Virus record (IMG/VR): IMGVR_UViG_3300017762_000005
Origin: a virus
Direction: 5' to 3' (one strand)
DNA: 59,466 nt
In this document: in pieces, positions 1 through 8,497 of the stretch
Position numbering within the stretch: the first letter of the stretch is position 1
Layout of the letters: each line of letters begins with the position of its first letter
Made by a program: the position numbers and the translations under genes
Notes under the pieces: generated by a model
The model's input: only the letters and a program-made list of their open reading frames with translations
What the model was told of the DNA's origin: nothing
Databases searched by the model: none

Positions 1-123
1 AATCAAAACTGCGATTGAAGGTGACTTCGATACTGGTAACGTAAGATTTAAAGCTAGAGAAAGATACTCTTTTGGATTCTCAGATCCTAGAGCAATCTTT
101 GGTAACGGAAACTTACCAACTAG
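1..123. repeat. Terminal duplication, left copy (circular assembly overlap or terminal redundancy)
   Basis: 123 nt identical by eye to 59344-59466. Confidence 0.95.
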
Positions 124-127
124 CTAA
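1..127 (+). CDS. Major capsid protein, C-terminal end (continues the ORF that runs off the window at 59466)
   Basis: Bases 1-123 equal 59344-59466. The frame from ATG 58553 continues as ...GNLPTS and stops at TAA 125-127. Confidence 0.8.
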   Translation, partial: IKTAIEGDFDTGNVRFKARERYSFGFSDPRAIFGNGNLPTS

Positions 128-151
128 TAAATAATACAATTAGTATTACTT

Positions 152-184
152 AAAGGGGCGGTGTTCACATCGCCCCTTTTTTTG
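152..184 (+). terminator. Rho-independent terminator after the capsid gene
   Basis: Stem GGGGCG (155-160) / CGCCCC (171-176), 10-nt loop, then T7 run 177-183. Confidence 0.8.
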
Positions 185-285
185 TGTATAATAAAAAGAC
201 CTAGAAAATAAATTAATTTTGTAGACTGACTAGGCAGACGGTATAGAGACTACAAAGTTTAACCGCTATACAAGGAGAAACTATT

Positions 286-840
286 ATGGCATCAACTACT
301 TTTTCGGGACCAGTACGTTCTGAAGGTGGCTTTCAAATGGCTACAAAAAATGCATCATCAGGTGCAATCACAACAAGAATGAGTTCAGGTATGCCTGACT
401 TAACAGGCTTACTTTTAGCTGACACGGCAACAGCAGCAAACATTACTATCGCAGATGGTATTATAGCAGTTGTTAACTACACAGGTGCAGCAGCATGTGC
501 TGCAGCATTACCAGCAGCAACTAAAGGTGCAATTGCAGTTTATGTTCAATCTAAAGATACAGCTGGTGGAACTGCAACTCTAACTTTTAATGCAGCAGGA
601 ACTGACGTTTGGGCTACTAGTTCATTAATTGAATCAAGAGCAGCAAATGAAGTAACTTTTGATACTTCGGCAGCAGGTGAAACTCAATTAGTATTCACTC
701 CAGCTGACGCGGCAACAAACTGTTTCACAACTGGAAGCAAAATTGCTTTTATGTGTTTTGAAGATGGTACATGGCACATTGCAACTGAAATGACTGGTGC
801 AGCGGCAGCTGTTACTGGTGCGTTTGCATTTGCAGCGTAA
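286..840 (+). CDS. Ala/Thr-rich virion-module protein, function unknown
   Basis: 184-aa ORF with RBS caAGGAGaaactattATG, first gene after the capsid terminator. Confidence 0.7.
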   Translation: MASTTFSGPVRSEGGFQMATKNASSGAITTRMSSGMPDLTGLLLADTATAANITIADGIIAVVNYTGAAACAAALPAATKGAIAVYVQSKDTAGGTATLTFNAAGTDVWATSSLIESRAANEVTFDTSAAGETQLVFTPADAATNCFTTGSKIAFMCFEDGTWHIATEMTGAAAAVTGAFAFAA

Positions 841-850
841 TAAATAATTA

Positions 851-870
851 GTGGCTCCTTCGGGAGCCAC
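851..870 (+). promoter_or_regulatory. Intergenic stem-loop with UUCG tetraloop and no U-tract (RNA processing or stability element?)
   Basis: gtggctcc-ttcg-ggagccac, perfect 8-bp stem. Confidence 0.5.
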
Positions 871-884
871 GAACTAGGAGAATT

Positions 885-1211
885 ATGTTTAAAGGAGATA
901 TACAAGCTACAAGATCTGCTGCTGTTGCAGGACCAACCGCAATCATTGCACAACCAATAAGACTTAAAGGAATTATTGTTGCTAGTGATGGCACTGGAGC
1001 TGGTCTTTTAGAATTAACGACAACTTCAAACGCTGGTGATACTTTATTTATTGCAGATGTACCTTCTGGTGACTTAGTAAATTTTGGTTTCCCAGATGAT
1101 GGAATTTTATTTCCAAAAGGAATTTTTTGTAAAACAAAAACTAAAGTTACTGCTTATACTTTGATTACAGATAAATATTCTGGTCCTAATTTAACAGGGA
1201 GTAATGGATAA
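885..1211 (+). CDS. Small beta-rich virion-module protein (paralogue of 1211..1501)
   Basis: 108-aa ORF with aggag RBS. 'DDGILFPKGIF' resembles 'GNGILFLDGIH' in the next ORF. Confidence 0.65.
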   Translation: MFKGDIQATRSAAVAGPTAIIAQPIRLKGIIVASDGTGAGLLELTTTSNAGDTLFIADVPSGDLVNFGFPDDGILFPKGIFCKTKTKVTAYTLITDKYSGPNLTGSNG

Positions 1212-1501
1212 TGGGTGGCTCAAGTTTTTCATCAGATCAGTCGGTAGCACACGCAACATCTACTGTTCAAATGGTTGCACAAAACCAAAGAGCAAGACTA
1301 ACTTCTATTCAAGGAAAAGGTAATAGTGCAAGTGGCTCAGTTGTATTTAGAAGTGGTGGTGGTGCAGGAGATATTATTGCAACTTATTTATTTGGAGAAG
1401 AAGGTTTAGATATGTACTTACCTGGTAATGGAATTTTATTTTTAGATGGTATTCACGCAACAATAGCAGGAACTGCTGGTGTAACTATAACATTTACTTA
1501 A
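1211..1501 (+). CDS. Small beta-rich virion-module protein (paralogue of 885..1211)
   Basis: 96-aa ORF with TAATG stop/start overlap to the upstream ORF. Confidence 0.65.
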   Translation: MGGSSFSSDQSVAHATSTVQMVAQNQRARLTSIQGKGNSASGSVVFRSGGGAGDIIATYLFGEEGLDMYLPGNGILFLDGIHATIAGTAGVTITFT

Positions 1502-1502
1502 A

Positions 1503-1820
1503 ATGGACTTAGAATATTATTCAGATATTCTGAAATTGAAAAGAGGTGGTGATGTTCAACCACCTAAAACAAAAAAATATTTTAGAGCTACTAAATCTGG
1601 TGCTGGCATGACTAAAGCTGGCGTTGCAAAATATAGAAGAGATAATCCAGGATCAAAATTAAAAACAGCAGTTACTGGTAAAGTAAAAGCTGGATCAAAA
1701 GATGCTAATCGTAGAAAAAGTTTTTGTGCTAGAAGTTTAGGACAAATGAAAAAATTTCCTAAAGCTGCTAAAGACCCAAATTCAAGATTAAGACAAGCAA
1801 GGCGTAGATGGAAATGTTAG
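1503..1820 (+). CDS. Small highly basic Lys/Arg-rich protein
   Basis: 105-aa ORF starting 2 nt after the previous stop. C-terminal 'KSFCARSLGQ...RLRQARRRWKC'. Confidence 0.6.
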   Translation: MDLEYYSDILKLKRGGDVQPPKTKKYFRATKSGAGMTKAGVAKYRRDNPGSKLKTAVTGKVKAGSKDANRRKSFCARSLGQMKKFPKAAKDPNSRLRQARRRWKC

Positions 1821-1823
1821 TTT

Positions 1824-2537
1824 ATGTCTTATTTAAATGCTAATATACAACCTATCTATTGTAAAATAAAAAAGGAGTTTTTATATGACCTTAAAGAACA
1901 TCATGGCGAAAGTGAAGAATGTGTTATCTTCTCAATTACCAGTATATCAGGACGTGCAATCTTATTTAATATCATGTTACCAAACGGTGCGTGTTTTTGG
2001 AGATTGCCTATCTCAGCGTTTTTTCAAAAATCATATGATCGTGCCAATGTGCCAGATATGCAAGTCCACGAGTTGGAATTGTGGAACTGTTTTAGCTATT
2101 GGCCTAGTGTCACTTGTTTTGATTGGTTGGATGGTTTAAAAGGAAAATTTTTAGGATTAGACAAAAAATTTTATCATGGCAAATATTTATTTACCATTGA
2201 CTGGGCTCATCCAGATACTAATATATTGGATGTCGAACATTCTGAAATTCCTCAAGAACATAAGTGTGCACATATATTGGAGCTTGATAACGGTAATTAT
2301 GCAGCTCAGCCTAATAACCGTATTTTGTGGCACTGTAATAGTTATACTACTGATAACAATTGGCCTGACTATTCAGTACAAAGTACGTATTGGGATGCAG
2401 AAGACTCTAGCATGGTTACAGAAGATTCTAATAAAATGTTTTACGATATGGAAGAAGTAAAAGACGAAAAAAGAACATATGAGTCTTATAAAGATTATGC
2501 TCAAGATATGTCTTATGAAAATAATGGTAAAAAATGA
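1824..2537 (+). CDS. Hypothetical protein (Trp/Cys/His-rich)
   Basis: 237-aa ORF, tightly packed with its neighbours. Confidence 0.7.
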   Translation: MSYLNANIQPIYCKIKKEFLYDLKEHHGESEECVIFSITSISGRAILFNIMLPNGACFWRLPISAFFQKSYDRANVPDMQVHELELWNCFSYWPSVTCFDWLDGLKGKFLGLDKKFYHGKYLFTIDWAHPDTNILDVEHSEIPQEHKCAHILELDNGNYAAQPNNRILWHCNSYTTDNNWPDYSVQSTYWDAEDSSMVTEDSNKMFYDMEEVKDEKRTYESYKDYAQDMSYENNGKK

Positions 2538-2635
2538 TTGATAAAATAATTTATAAAATATTAGGCTATCTAGACAATCTGATACAAAGAATAGATAATA
2601 TAGTTATAAATAAACCTAAAAAAAAGAAAAAATGA
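2534..2635 (+). CDS. Micro-ORF (33 aa, MIDKIIYKILGYLDNLIQRIDNIVINKPKKKKK)
   Basis: ATGA overlaps at both ends (2534-2537 and 2632-2635) bridge two larger genes. Confidence 0.35.
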   Translation: MIDKIIYKILGYLDNLIQRIDNIVINKPKKKKK

Positions 2636-2931
2636 ATTTAGCAGATTTATTAAAAAAGAATTTTGTATTAGTACCTGTTGTTGCATCTGTATTGGTTGGA
2701 ACATTTACTGGTGTTAGATACATTGTTAATTTAACAGACACTATCAATACTAATCAACAAGAAATTGTAGATCTTAAAAGAGATTTAAAAGTTGCAGAAG
2801 ATAAAATTGTAGATCAAAATACAAGACTAACTTCTGCGGAGTCTACTTGGCAGATGGCAGAAAATTTATACAGACAACTAGCAGATCAAGTTAGAGAGCA
2901 CGACTATGATATTAAGGATTTAAACAGGTAA
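2632..2931 (+). CDS. N-terminally membrane-anchored coiled-coil protein (i-spanin-like; lysis cassette?)
   Basis: One TM (VLVPVVASVLVGTFTGV) followed by a heptad-like charged helix; lies 1.3 kb upstream of the endolysin. Confidence 0.5.
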   Translation: MNLADLLKKNFVLVPVVASVLVGTFTGVRYIVNLTDTINTNQQEIVDLKRDLKVAEDKIVDQNTRLTSAESTWQMAENLYRQLADQVREHDYDIKDLNR

Positions 2932-2934
2932 TGT

Positions 2935-3501
2935 ATGGAGGTTCTCAGGATGAATTATTATTTTACAGGATTACTTGTTTTAGCTCTTACAATATTAGCT
3001 TTTTTGGTAGAACCTGCATATCCTAAAAACGAATATCTTAATGAGTATGGTGTAAGATGTGGTGAGATGGAAGTAAGCACAGAACAAAGAGATACTGATT
3101 ATAATTATAGTGAGAGTAGTACAAATGAACAACAGTATTTAAGATTCACATACAGAAAATATTTAGGAACAGACTGTAAAACTTCAAAAGAAAATGTACA
3201 AATTAAACAACAGTTAGAGTTAATGAAGATGTGTGGCAGGGTTAATAGTAATCCAAGTCTTGCACAGAACGAAAATTTTAGATTGTTAGTTTCTAAATGT
3301 AGAGGTGTAACTCCTGCAAGAGATAACACTAGACCATCTGATTCACAAAGTTTGTGGGATGACCTGAAAGATGAGTATAAAAAAGAGAACCCAGATGTTA
3401 ATTTAATGGGAGATAAGTTTATAAAATCAAAGGAGAGTACATTGAAAATACCACCAAAAGACTTTATACTACCATTACCAAAACCAAAGATAGATGAATA
3501 A
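2935..3501 (+). CDS. Secreted or membrane protein with N-terminal signal/TM segment
   Basis: 188 aa. Hydrophobic 'FTGLLVLALTILAFLV' then a charged, Cys-containing body. Confidence 0.55.
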   Translation: MEVLRMNYYFTGLLVLALTILAFLVEPAYPKNEYLNEYGVRCGEMEVSTEQRDTDYNYSESSTNEQQYLRFTYRKYLGTDCKTSKENVQIKQQLELMKMCGRVNSNPSLAQNENFRLLVSKCRGVTPARDNTRPSDSQSLWDDLKDEYKKENPDVNLMGDKFIKSKESTLKIPPKDFILPLPKPKIDE

Positions 3502-3871
3502 AAAAACATTAAATATATCTGAAGAAGCAGCTGTGCAGATGCCGATGAAAACCGTAGCTAGTTTGATTGTGCTCGTTGCGATGGGTGTATTCGCTTACAC
3601 CGAGTTGACGGCTAGGTTAGTTTCACTGGAGACATCACGTGAGTTGTTTGAAAATGATTTGCTTAAAAAAAGTGAGCAAGTCCCTACCGATCAAGAGCAA
3701 CATTTTTTAATCGAAGATCTTTATAAGACTGTAGAGAAAATGGAAGAAACCCAAGAGATGAATATGACAAACAAAGTCAACATAGAATTTTTAGGAGAAC
3801 AATTAGATAAAGCATTAAAAGATATTGAAGATTTAAAAGATAAGGTAAGAGCAAATGGAAAGAATTACTAG
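3494..3871 (+). CDS. Membrane-anchored coiled-coil protein (second i-spanin-like)
   Basis: TM 'VASLIVLVAMGVFAY' followed by an acidic coiled coil; overlaps the upstream stop. Confidence 0.5.
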   Translation: MNKKTLNISEEAAVQMPMKTVASLIVLVAMGVFAYTELTARLVSLETSRELFENDLLKKSEQVPTDQEQHFLIEDLYKTVEKMEETQEMNMTNKVNIEFLGEQLDKALKDIEDLKDKVRANGKNY

Positions 3872-4019
3872 ACAAGTTGTGCAATATATTTCTGACATGG
3901 AAAAGAAAGCTAAACAAATGAACTTTGTTAAAAATTTAAAACAGTCTGTTGAACACGGTAAAAATGGTACACAAAAATATGTTGTTAAAAAAGGTGAAAA
4001 CAAAGGTAAAGTATTATGA
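3855..4019 (+). CDS. Small hypothetical protein (54 aa)
   Basis: ATG 3855. Its stop TGA 4017-4019 overlaps the next ATG 4016 (ATGA). Below the ORF-track cutoff. Confidence 0.4.
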   Translation: MERITRQVVQYISDMEKKAKQMNFVKNLKQSVEHGKNGTQKYVVKKGENKGKVL

Positions 4020-4228
4020 CAGAGATGATAGTGGCTCTTCTTATGATAATCAACGGAGAGATCAAGGAACACAGAATTCAAGAATCTATGTCTGAATGTT
4101 TGAAAGGCAAAAGAGTTGCAATGCGTGATACAAAAAAACAAGTACAGTACCAGTGCATAAAGTCTATGGCAGAACTAGAGTCAAATATTGATGGTAGCAA
4201 AAGTATTAAAAAACTAATTTTAGAATAG
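4016..4228 (+). CDS. Small hypothetical protein (70 aa)
   Basis: ORF coupled to the upstream ORF, directly before the endolysin. Confidence 0.5.
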   Translation: MTEMIVALLMIINGEIKEHRIQESMSECLKGKRVAMRDTKKQVQYQCIKSMAELESNIDGSKSIKKLILE

Positions 4229-4236
4229 GAGTTTTT

Positions 4237-4713
4237 ATGAATTTAAGTCGTAATTTTACTTTATCAGAATTAATTAAATCAGACACAGCAATCCGTAAGG
4301 GTATTAATAATAATCCTAACGCAGAACAAATAGAAAAATTAAAAGCATTGTGTGAAAATATTTTACAACCAGTACGTGACCATTTCGGCAGAGTTAAAAT
4401 TACCAGCGGATTTCGTAGCGTGGCATTGTGTGAAGCTATCGGTAGCTCGGCACGATCACAACATGCAAAAGCTGAGGCGGCAGATTTTGAATGTATTGGC
4501 GTAGACAACGCTGAATTATTTGATTGGATTAAAAATAATCTTTCACCAGATCAATTGATTCTCGAGTTCTACACTCCGGGCGAACCTAACTCGGGCTGGA
4601 TCCACTGTAGCTGGATATCAGATCAACCAAGAGCATCATTCTTACACGCTTTCAAATCAGAAGGTAAAACTAAATATAAACCAATACTAGGCTCAGCAAA
4701 GGAGTTAATATAA
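4237..4713 (+). CDS. Endolysin, peptidase M15 family (zinc D-Ala-D-Ala carboxypeptidase / L-Ala-D-Glu peptidase fold)
   Basis: 'FTLSELIKSDTA...N.P', 'ITSGFRS', 'SQHAKAEAADF' and a later 'WIHCSW' match the M15 H-x6-D...H pattern. Confidence 0.85.
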   Translation: MNLSRNFTLSELIKSDTAIRKGINNNPNAEQIEKLKALCENILQPVRDHFGRVKITSGFRSVALCEAIGSSARSQHAKAEAADFECIGVDNAELFDWIKNNLSPDQLILEFYTPGEPNSGWIHCSWISDQPRASFLHAFKSEGKTKYKPILGSAKELI

Positions 4714-4714
4714 T

Positions 4715-4849
4715 ATGGCAATAACGAGATCACAAATACCTAAACAAATAGAGGGTAAGTTAAGAGGTGCTAGAGATGAAAAAGAAAAAAAACGAAGAGT
4801 TATCGCATCTATTAAAAAGAAATCCAGAAGCAAAAAAGTTAAGGTCTAG
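4715..4849 (+). CDS. Micro-ORF, very basic (44 aa)
   Basis: AAGGAG 10 nt upstream; starts 2 nt after the endolysin stop; overlaps 4776..4919 in another frame. Confidence 0.35.
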   Translation: MAITRSQIPKQIEGKLRGARDEKEKKRRVIASIKKKSRSKKVKV

Positions 4850-4919
4850 AAACTACAAGTCAAAAGTGATACAATCTAAAAAGTTGTACAACAGAAAAAG
4901 GCTTAGACACTATGACTAA
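4776..4919 (+). CDS. Micro-ORF, very basic (47 aa, ...KKLRSRNYKSKVIQSKKLYNRKRLRHYD)
   Basis: Its stop overlaps the next ATG (4912). Alternative to 4715..4849. Confidence 0.3.
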   Translation: MKKKKNEELSHLLKRNPEAKKLRSRNYKSKVIQSKKLYNRKRLRHYD

Positions 4920-5307
4920 ATTATGTGCTAGAGGCAAAGCGGCCGCTAAAAGAAAATTTCGAGTATATCCTTCAGCATATGCTAATGCTTATGCTAGTAA
5001 GATATGTGCTGGTAAAATTAAAGACCCAAGTGGTGTAAAAAGAAAAGATTTTAAAGGACCAAAACCAGCTGGTAAGGTTGTTGGTGGTGAGGCTAAAATT
5101 AAAAAAGTTATAGGTGGTTTAAAAAAAGCATCTAAAACACATGCGGCTCAAGCTAAAACTTTACAATCTGTTGTAAAAGCTTCTGATGGACAATTTGCAC
5201 AAAAATTGCAATCTTACGATGGTAGCTATATGAGAGGCGATTTAGCTGGTCATAAGGTATCAAATAAAAGTTTAAATAATTATTACAAAGGAATGATCGA
5301 TGGCTAA
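4912..5307 (+). CDS. Small basic protein ('CARGKAAAKRKFRVYPSAYANAYASKIC' motif), function unknown
   Basis: 131-aa ORF with C-terminal 'YYKGMIDG'. First of a run of small Lys/Gly-rich proteins. Confidence 0.6.
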   Translation: MTKLCARGKAAAKRKFRVYPSAYANAYASKICAGKIKDPSGVKRKDFKGPKPAGKVVGGEAKIKKVIGGLKKASKTHAAQAKTLQSVVKASDGQFAQKLQSYDGSYMRGDLAGHKVSNKSLNNYYKGMIDG

Positions 5308-5512
5308 AAAAGCAAAAGATGTTTTAAAGAAACATAAGAAAAAAGAAAAAACATTTGATAATCCTTTTGATGCAAGAAAATATGGAGATGATATTGATGC
5401 AGCTAATTACAGAGAACAAAAATCTATTGAAGCTAAGGGCATGATGTGTGGTGGAGAAGCTAGAGGAACGGGAGCCGCTATCAGAGGTAAAAAATTTGAA
5501 GGAGTATTTTAA
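5300..5512 (+). CDS. Small basic protein ending in GGEARGTGAAIRGKKFEGVF
   Basis: 70-aa ORF with TAATG overlap to the next gene. Shares its C-terminal 20-mer with 5512..5895. Confidence 0.6.
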   Translation: MAKKAKDVLKKHKKKEKTFDNPFDARKYGDDIDAANYREQKSIEAKGMMCGGEARGTGAAIRGKKFEGVF

Positions 5513-5895
5513 TGGGTAAGAAGAATATACCAGATTATTTAAAAAAAACACTTAAAGGAACTACAATAGGTGGTGGAGTAAATGTTTTTGATGATGAATA
5601 TGTAACTTCTCCAAAAGCTACTGTAAGTATAGGAAAAGGTAAAACATCGATTTCTGGTGGGATAGAAAAACCATTCAGTAAAGTAAGTAAAGAAAATATT
5701 AATAGTGCCATATCACTTGGAATAACTAAAGGGAATATGGAAGAGGGAGACTCTTCTGAATTTTCACTTACAGGAACAAAACAAGGAAAAGCTAAAAATT
5801 TAAGTTTAAGTTTTTCTAAAAATTTTAGTGGTGGTGGAGAAGCCAGAGGTGGTGGAGCAGCTATCAGAGGCAAAGGTTTTAAAGGCGTATTTTAA
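5512..5895 (+). CDS. Small Gly/Lys/Ser-rich protein ending in GGEARGGGAAIRGKGFKGVF
   Basis: 127-aa ORF with the same C-terminal motif and the same 'gtattttaATG' junction as the upstream gene. Confidence 0.6.
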   Translation: MGKKNIPDYLKKTLKGTTIGGGVNVFDDEYVTSPKATVSIGKGKTSISGGIEKPFSKVSKENINSAISLGITKGNMEEGDSSEFSLTGTKQGKAKNLSLSFSKNFSGGGEARGGGAAIRGKGFKGVF

Positions 5896-6167
5896 TGAGT
5901 CTTAAAAAATGGTTTAACGAAAAATGGGTAGATATAGGATCACCCAAAAAAGGAGGAGGGTATAAAGAATGTGGAAGAAAATCTGCAAGTGGATCAAAAA
6001 GAAAGTACCCCAAATGCGTTCCTGCTGCAAAAGCAGCCCAAATGACATCCTCGCAAAAGCGTTCTGCGGTTGTAAGAAAAAGAAATAAATCACAAGGAGT
6101 TGGTGGTAAACCAACAAATGTTAGTACCTTTACCAAGAGATATTATGGTGGTATGATAGAAATTTAA
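5895..6167 (+). CDS. Small basic protein ('KWVDIGSPKKGGGYKECGR...YPKCVP' motif)
   Basis: 90-aa ORF with C-terminal 'YYGGMIEI'. Confidence 0.6.
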   Translation: MSLKKWFNEKWVDIGSPKKGGGYKECGRKSASGSKRKYPKCVPAAKAAQMTSSQKRSAVVRKRNKSQGVGGKPTNVSTFTKRYYGGMIEI

Positions 6168-6178
6168 GGAGAATTATT

Positions 6179-6484
6179 ATGTTAAAAGGCAATCAAAAAA
6201 AATTAGACAAAAATAAAGATGGTAAAATATCTGGTGAAGATTTTAAGATGATGAAAAAAGCTTCTGTAGGACTTGGAGTTTTAATGTCAGACAAAGGTAA
6301 AAAAATAGCTAAAAAATCTATAAAATCTAGAGCTGCGTTAAGTCCATCTTTAAACTATTTAGGTAGAGATGCTGGAGGAGCTGCAGTTAAAGGAATGGGT
6401 GCAGCAAGATCATCAGGTATGGGTTTACAAGACGAACAATTACTACCGGGAAAGACTTTAGACTATTATAAAGATATAATGTAA
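6179..6484 (+). CDS. Small basic protein with an EF-hand-like loop
   Basis: 'DKNKDGKISGED' fits the 12-residue D-x-N-x-D-G-x-I-x-x-x-(D/E) loop. aaggag RBS. C-terminal 'DYYKDIM'. Confidence 0.55.
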   Translation: MLKGNQKKLDKNKDGKISGEDFKMMKKASVGLGVLMSDKGKKIAKKSIKSRAALSPSLNYLGRDAGGAAVKGMGAARSSGMGLQDEQLLPGKTLDYYKDIM

Positions 6485-6490
6485 TGAATT

Positions 6491-7402
6491 ATGGCAACGT
6501 CAGGAACTACAGTATTCGATTTACAAATCGATGATATTATTGAAGAAGCTTACGAGAGATGTGGCTTACGAACTAATAGTGGAAATGACATAAGAAGTGC
6601 TAGAAGAAGTTTAAATCTTTTATTTTCAGAATGGGGAAACAGAGGTGTTCACCTTTGGAAAGTAAATCTAAATCAAATTATATTTACAGCAGGAGTTGCA
6701 ACTTATTCTGTTCCAACTCAAGTAAATGATGTTCTTGAAGCTTATATATCTTCAACTGGTGCAGTAAATGGAACTCTTAGTACTGCTTTAACAAATTCTG
6801 CTACAAGTATTGTTTTAACTGATGGTTCTGCGTTTGCTTCAAGTGGCACAGTTCAAATTGGTTTAGAATTTATTACATACACTGGTAAATCTACGAACAC
6901 ATTGACTGGAGCTACAAGAGGAGCTTTAGGTTCTTCGGCAGTTGCTCATGCCTCTGGTGTAGCAGTACAAAATATAACTGGACAAGGAACATCTTCAACT
7001 CAAGATATTGCATTAACAAAAATAGATAGATCTGCTTACTCTGCATTACCAAATAAATTAGCAACTGGTCAACCTTCACAATATTATGTTAACAGACAAA
7101 CACAACCAACTATAAGTGTTTATCTTGCACCAGATGCTTCTACTTATACAACTTTAAAATATTATTCAATTGATAGAATTGATGATGCTGGAGCTTTTAC
7201 TAATAATGCAGATGTTCCTTTTAGATTTCTACCATGTATGTGTTCTGGTCTTGCATATTATTTATCACAAAAAAGAGCACCAGATAGAATACAATTATTA
7301 AAACAATTATATGAGGATGAGTTATTAAGAGCATTAAATGAAGATGGTTCAAGAACTTCTGTTTATATTTCTCCTCAAACTTATTTTGGAGATGGTGTAT
7401 AA
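6491..7402 (+). CDS. Head-to-tail adaptor-like protein (P22 gp4-like N-terminus) with an inserted domain
   Basis: 'DDIIEEAYERCGL...ARRSLNLLFSEWGNRG' resembles the gp4-type adaptor N-terminus; position at the head/tail boundary. Confidence 0.45.
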   Translation: MATSGTTVFDLQIDDIIEEAYERCGLRTNSGNDIRSARRSLNLLFSEWGNRGVHLWKVNLNQIIFTAGVATYSVPTQVNDVLEAYISSTGAVNGTLSTALTNSATSIVLTDGSAFASSGTVQIGLEFITYTGKSTNTLTGATRGALGSSAVAHASGVAVQNITGQGTSSTQDIALTKIDRSAYSALPNKLATGQPSQYYVNRQTQPTISVYLAPDASTYTTLKYYSIDRIDDAGAFTNNADVPFRFLPCMCSGLAYYLSQKRAPDRIQLLKQLYEDELLRALNEDGSRTSVYISPQTYFGDGV

Positions 7403-7824
7403 TGAGTTTTGCAAGTGGAAAAAGATCAAAAGCAATATCAGATAGATCAGGTCAAGCATTTCCTTATAGAGAAATGGTAAAAGAATGGAATGGTTCTTTA
7501 GTACATATATCTGAGTTTGAACCAAAACATCCACAACTTGATCCACCTTATCACAAAGCAGATCCAGTAGCTTTACAAAATCCAAGAACAATGAAATTTC
7601 AACAACCTACTGATATATCAACTATTAATCCACAAGCTCCAAATGATGCTACTATTGCAGATTCTGGTGGAATATTTGTAGGGGTTGCTAATCTTTCTTT
7701 ACCAGGAGATTTTGCATTTATTACTCAAGGCACAAGTGCTATGATACCTGCGGATCCATCTTTACAAAATAGAAGAAGACAATTGGATTCATTAATTGGA
7801 AACACAACGGTGAGTATTACATAA
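7402..7824 (+). CDS. Virion-module hypothetical protein
   Basis: 140-aa ORF with TAATG overlap to the upstream gene. Confidence 0.6.
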   Translation: MSFASGKRSKAISDRSGQAFPYREMVKEWNGSLVHISEFEPKHPQLDPPYHKADPVALQNPRTMKFQQPTDISTINPQAPNDATIADSGGIFVGVANLSLPGDFAFITQGTSAMIPADPSLQNRRRQLDSLIGNTTVSIT

Positions 7825-8477
7825 TGGCTACAACTTATTCAAATTTTTTAACTCAAGTAAGAAATTATACTGAAGTAGATAGTAATGTTTTAACAGATGC
7901 TATTATACAAGATTTTATTAGATCTGTAGAATTAGATGTTGCTGGCAAAGTTGATTATGATGATCTAAGAAAATATGCTACCTCAGCTTTTACTGCTTCA
8001 AATAGATATTTAAGTTTACCTTCTGATTGTATGATCATAAGATCTATTCAAGTTATTGATAGTAGTAATGATAGAACTTTTTGTGAAAAAAGAGATACTA
8101 GTTTTATATCCGAATATAATAATTCTGGAGCAACAGGTACTCCGAAATATTGGGCAAATTGGGATGATTTCACGGCTTTAGTAGCACCTACACCAGATTC
8201 TGCATATACTGTTCAAATCAATTATATAATTGATCCACCACAGTTTACTTCAACAAACAATACTTTTTTATCTACTTATCAAGAGTCGATGTTATTACAT
8301 GGAGTGTTGTCTGAGGCTTTTAGATTCTTAAAAGGACCAGACAATCTATACAACCTCTATCAAACAAAGTATACTGAAGAAGTACAAAATTTTGCTCTAC
8401 AACAAATGGGCAGAAGAAGACGTGCAGAATTTGATGATGGTGTTCCAAGAATAAAAATTGAATCACCATCTCCATAA
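7824..8477 (+). CDS. Putative neck or head-tail connector protein
   Basis: 217-aa ORF with TAATG overlap, in a connector-like position. Function is inferred from context only. Confidence 0.4.
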   Translation: MATTYSNFLTQVRNYTEVDSNVLTDAIIQDFIRSVELDVAGKVDYDDLRKYATSAFTASNRYLSLPSDCMIIRSIQVIDSSNDRTFCEKRDTSFISEYNNSGATGTPKYWANWDDFTALVAPTPDSAYTVQINYIIDPPQFTSTNNTFLSTYQESMLLHGVLSEAFRFLKGPDNLYNLYQTKYTEEVQNFALQQMGRRRRAEFDDGVPRIKIESPSP

Positions 8478-8497
8478 ATTTATAAAGGAGAACAATT

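Noticed and set aside
181-260. TATAAT box (186-191) and imperfect stem (218-256) between the capsid terminator and gene 286
   Set aside because: No convincing -35 element is present and the stem contains a mismatch. It may be a late promoter or leader, but the evidence is too thin to call a feature.
1885-2460. Two +1-frame ORFs (84 and 94 aa) inside gene 1824..2537
   Set aside because: The translations are hydrophobic and Ile/Leu/Val-rich, as expected from reading an AT-rich gene out of frame. There is no RBS, no coupling and no motif. Unlike the methyltransferase case, the alternative frame carries nothing recognisable.
3105-6136. Antisense ORFs 3105..3509, 3833..4141, 4206..4508, 5324..5551, 5535..5873, 5879..6136 and 5914..6117
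   Set aside because: They lie opposite purine- and Lys-rich + strand genes. The products are Phe/Leu/Ser-rich and low-complexity. The + strand genes show coupling and motifs such as the M15 endolysin.
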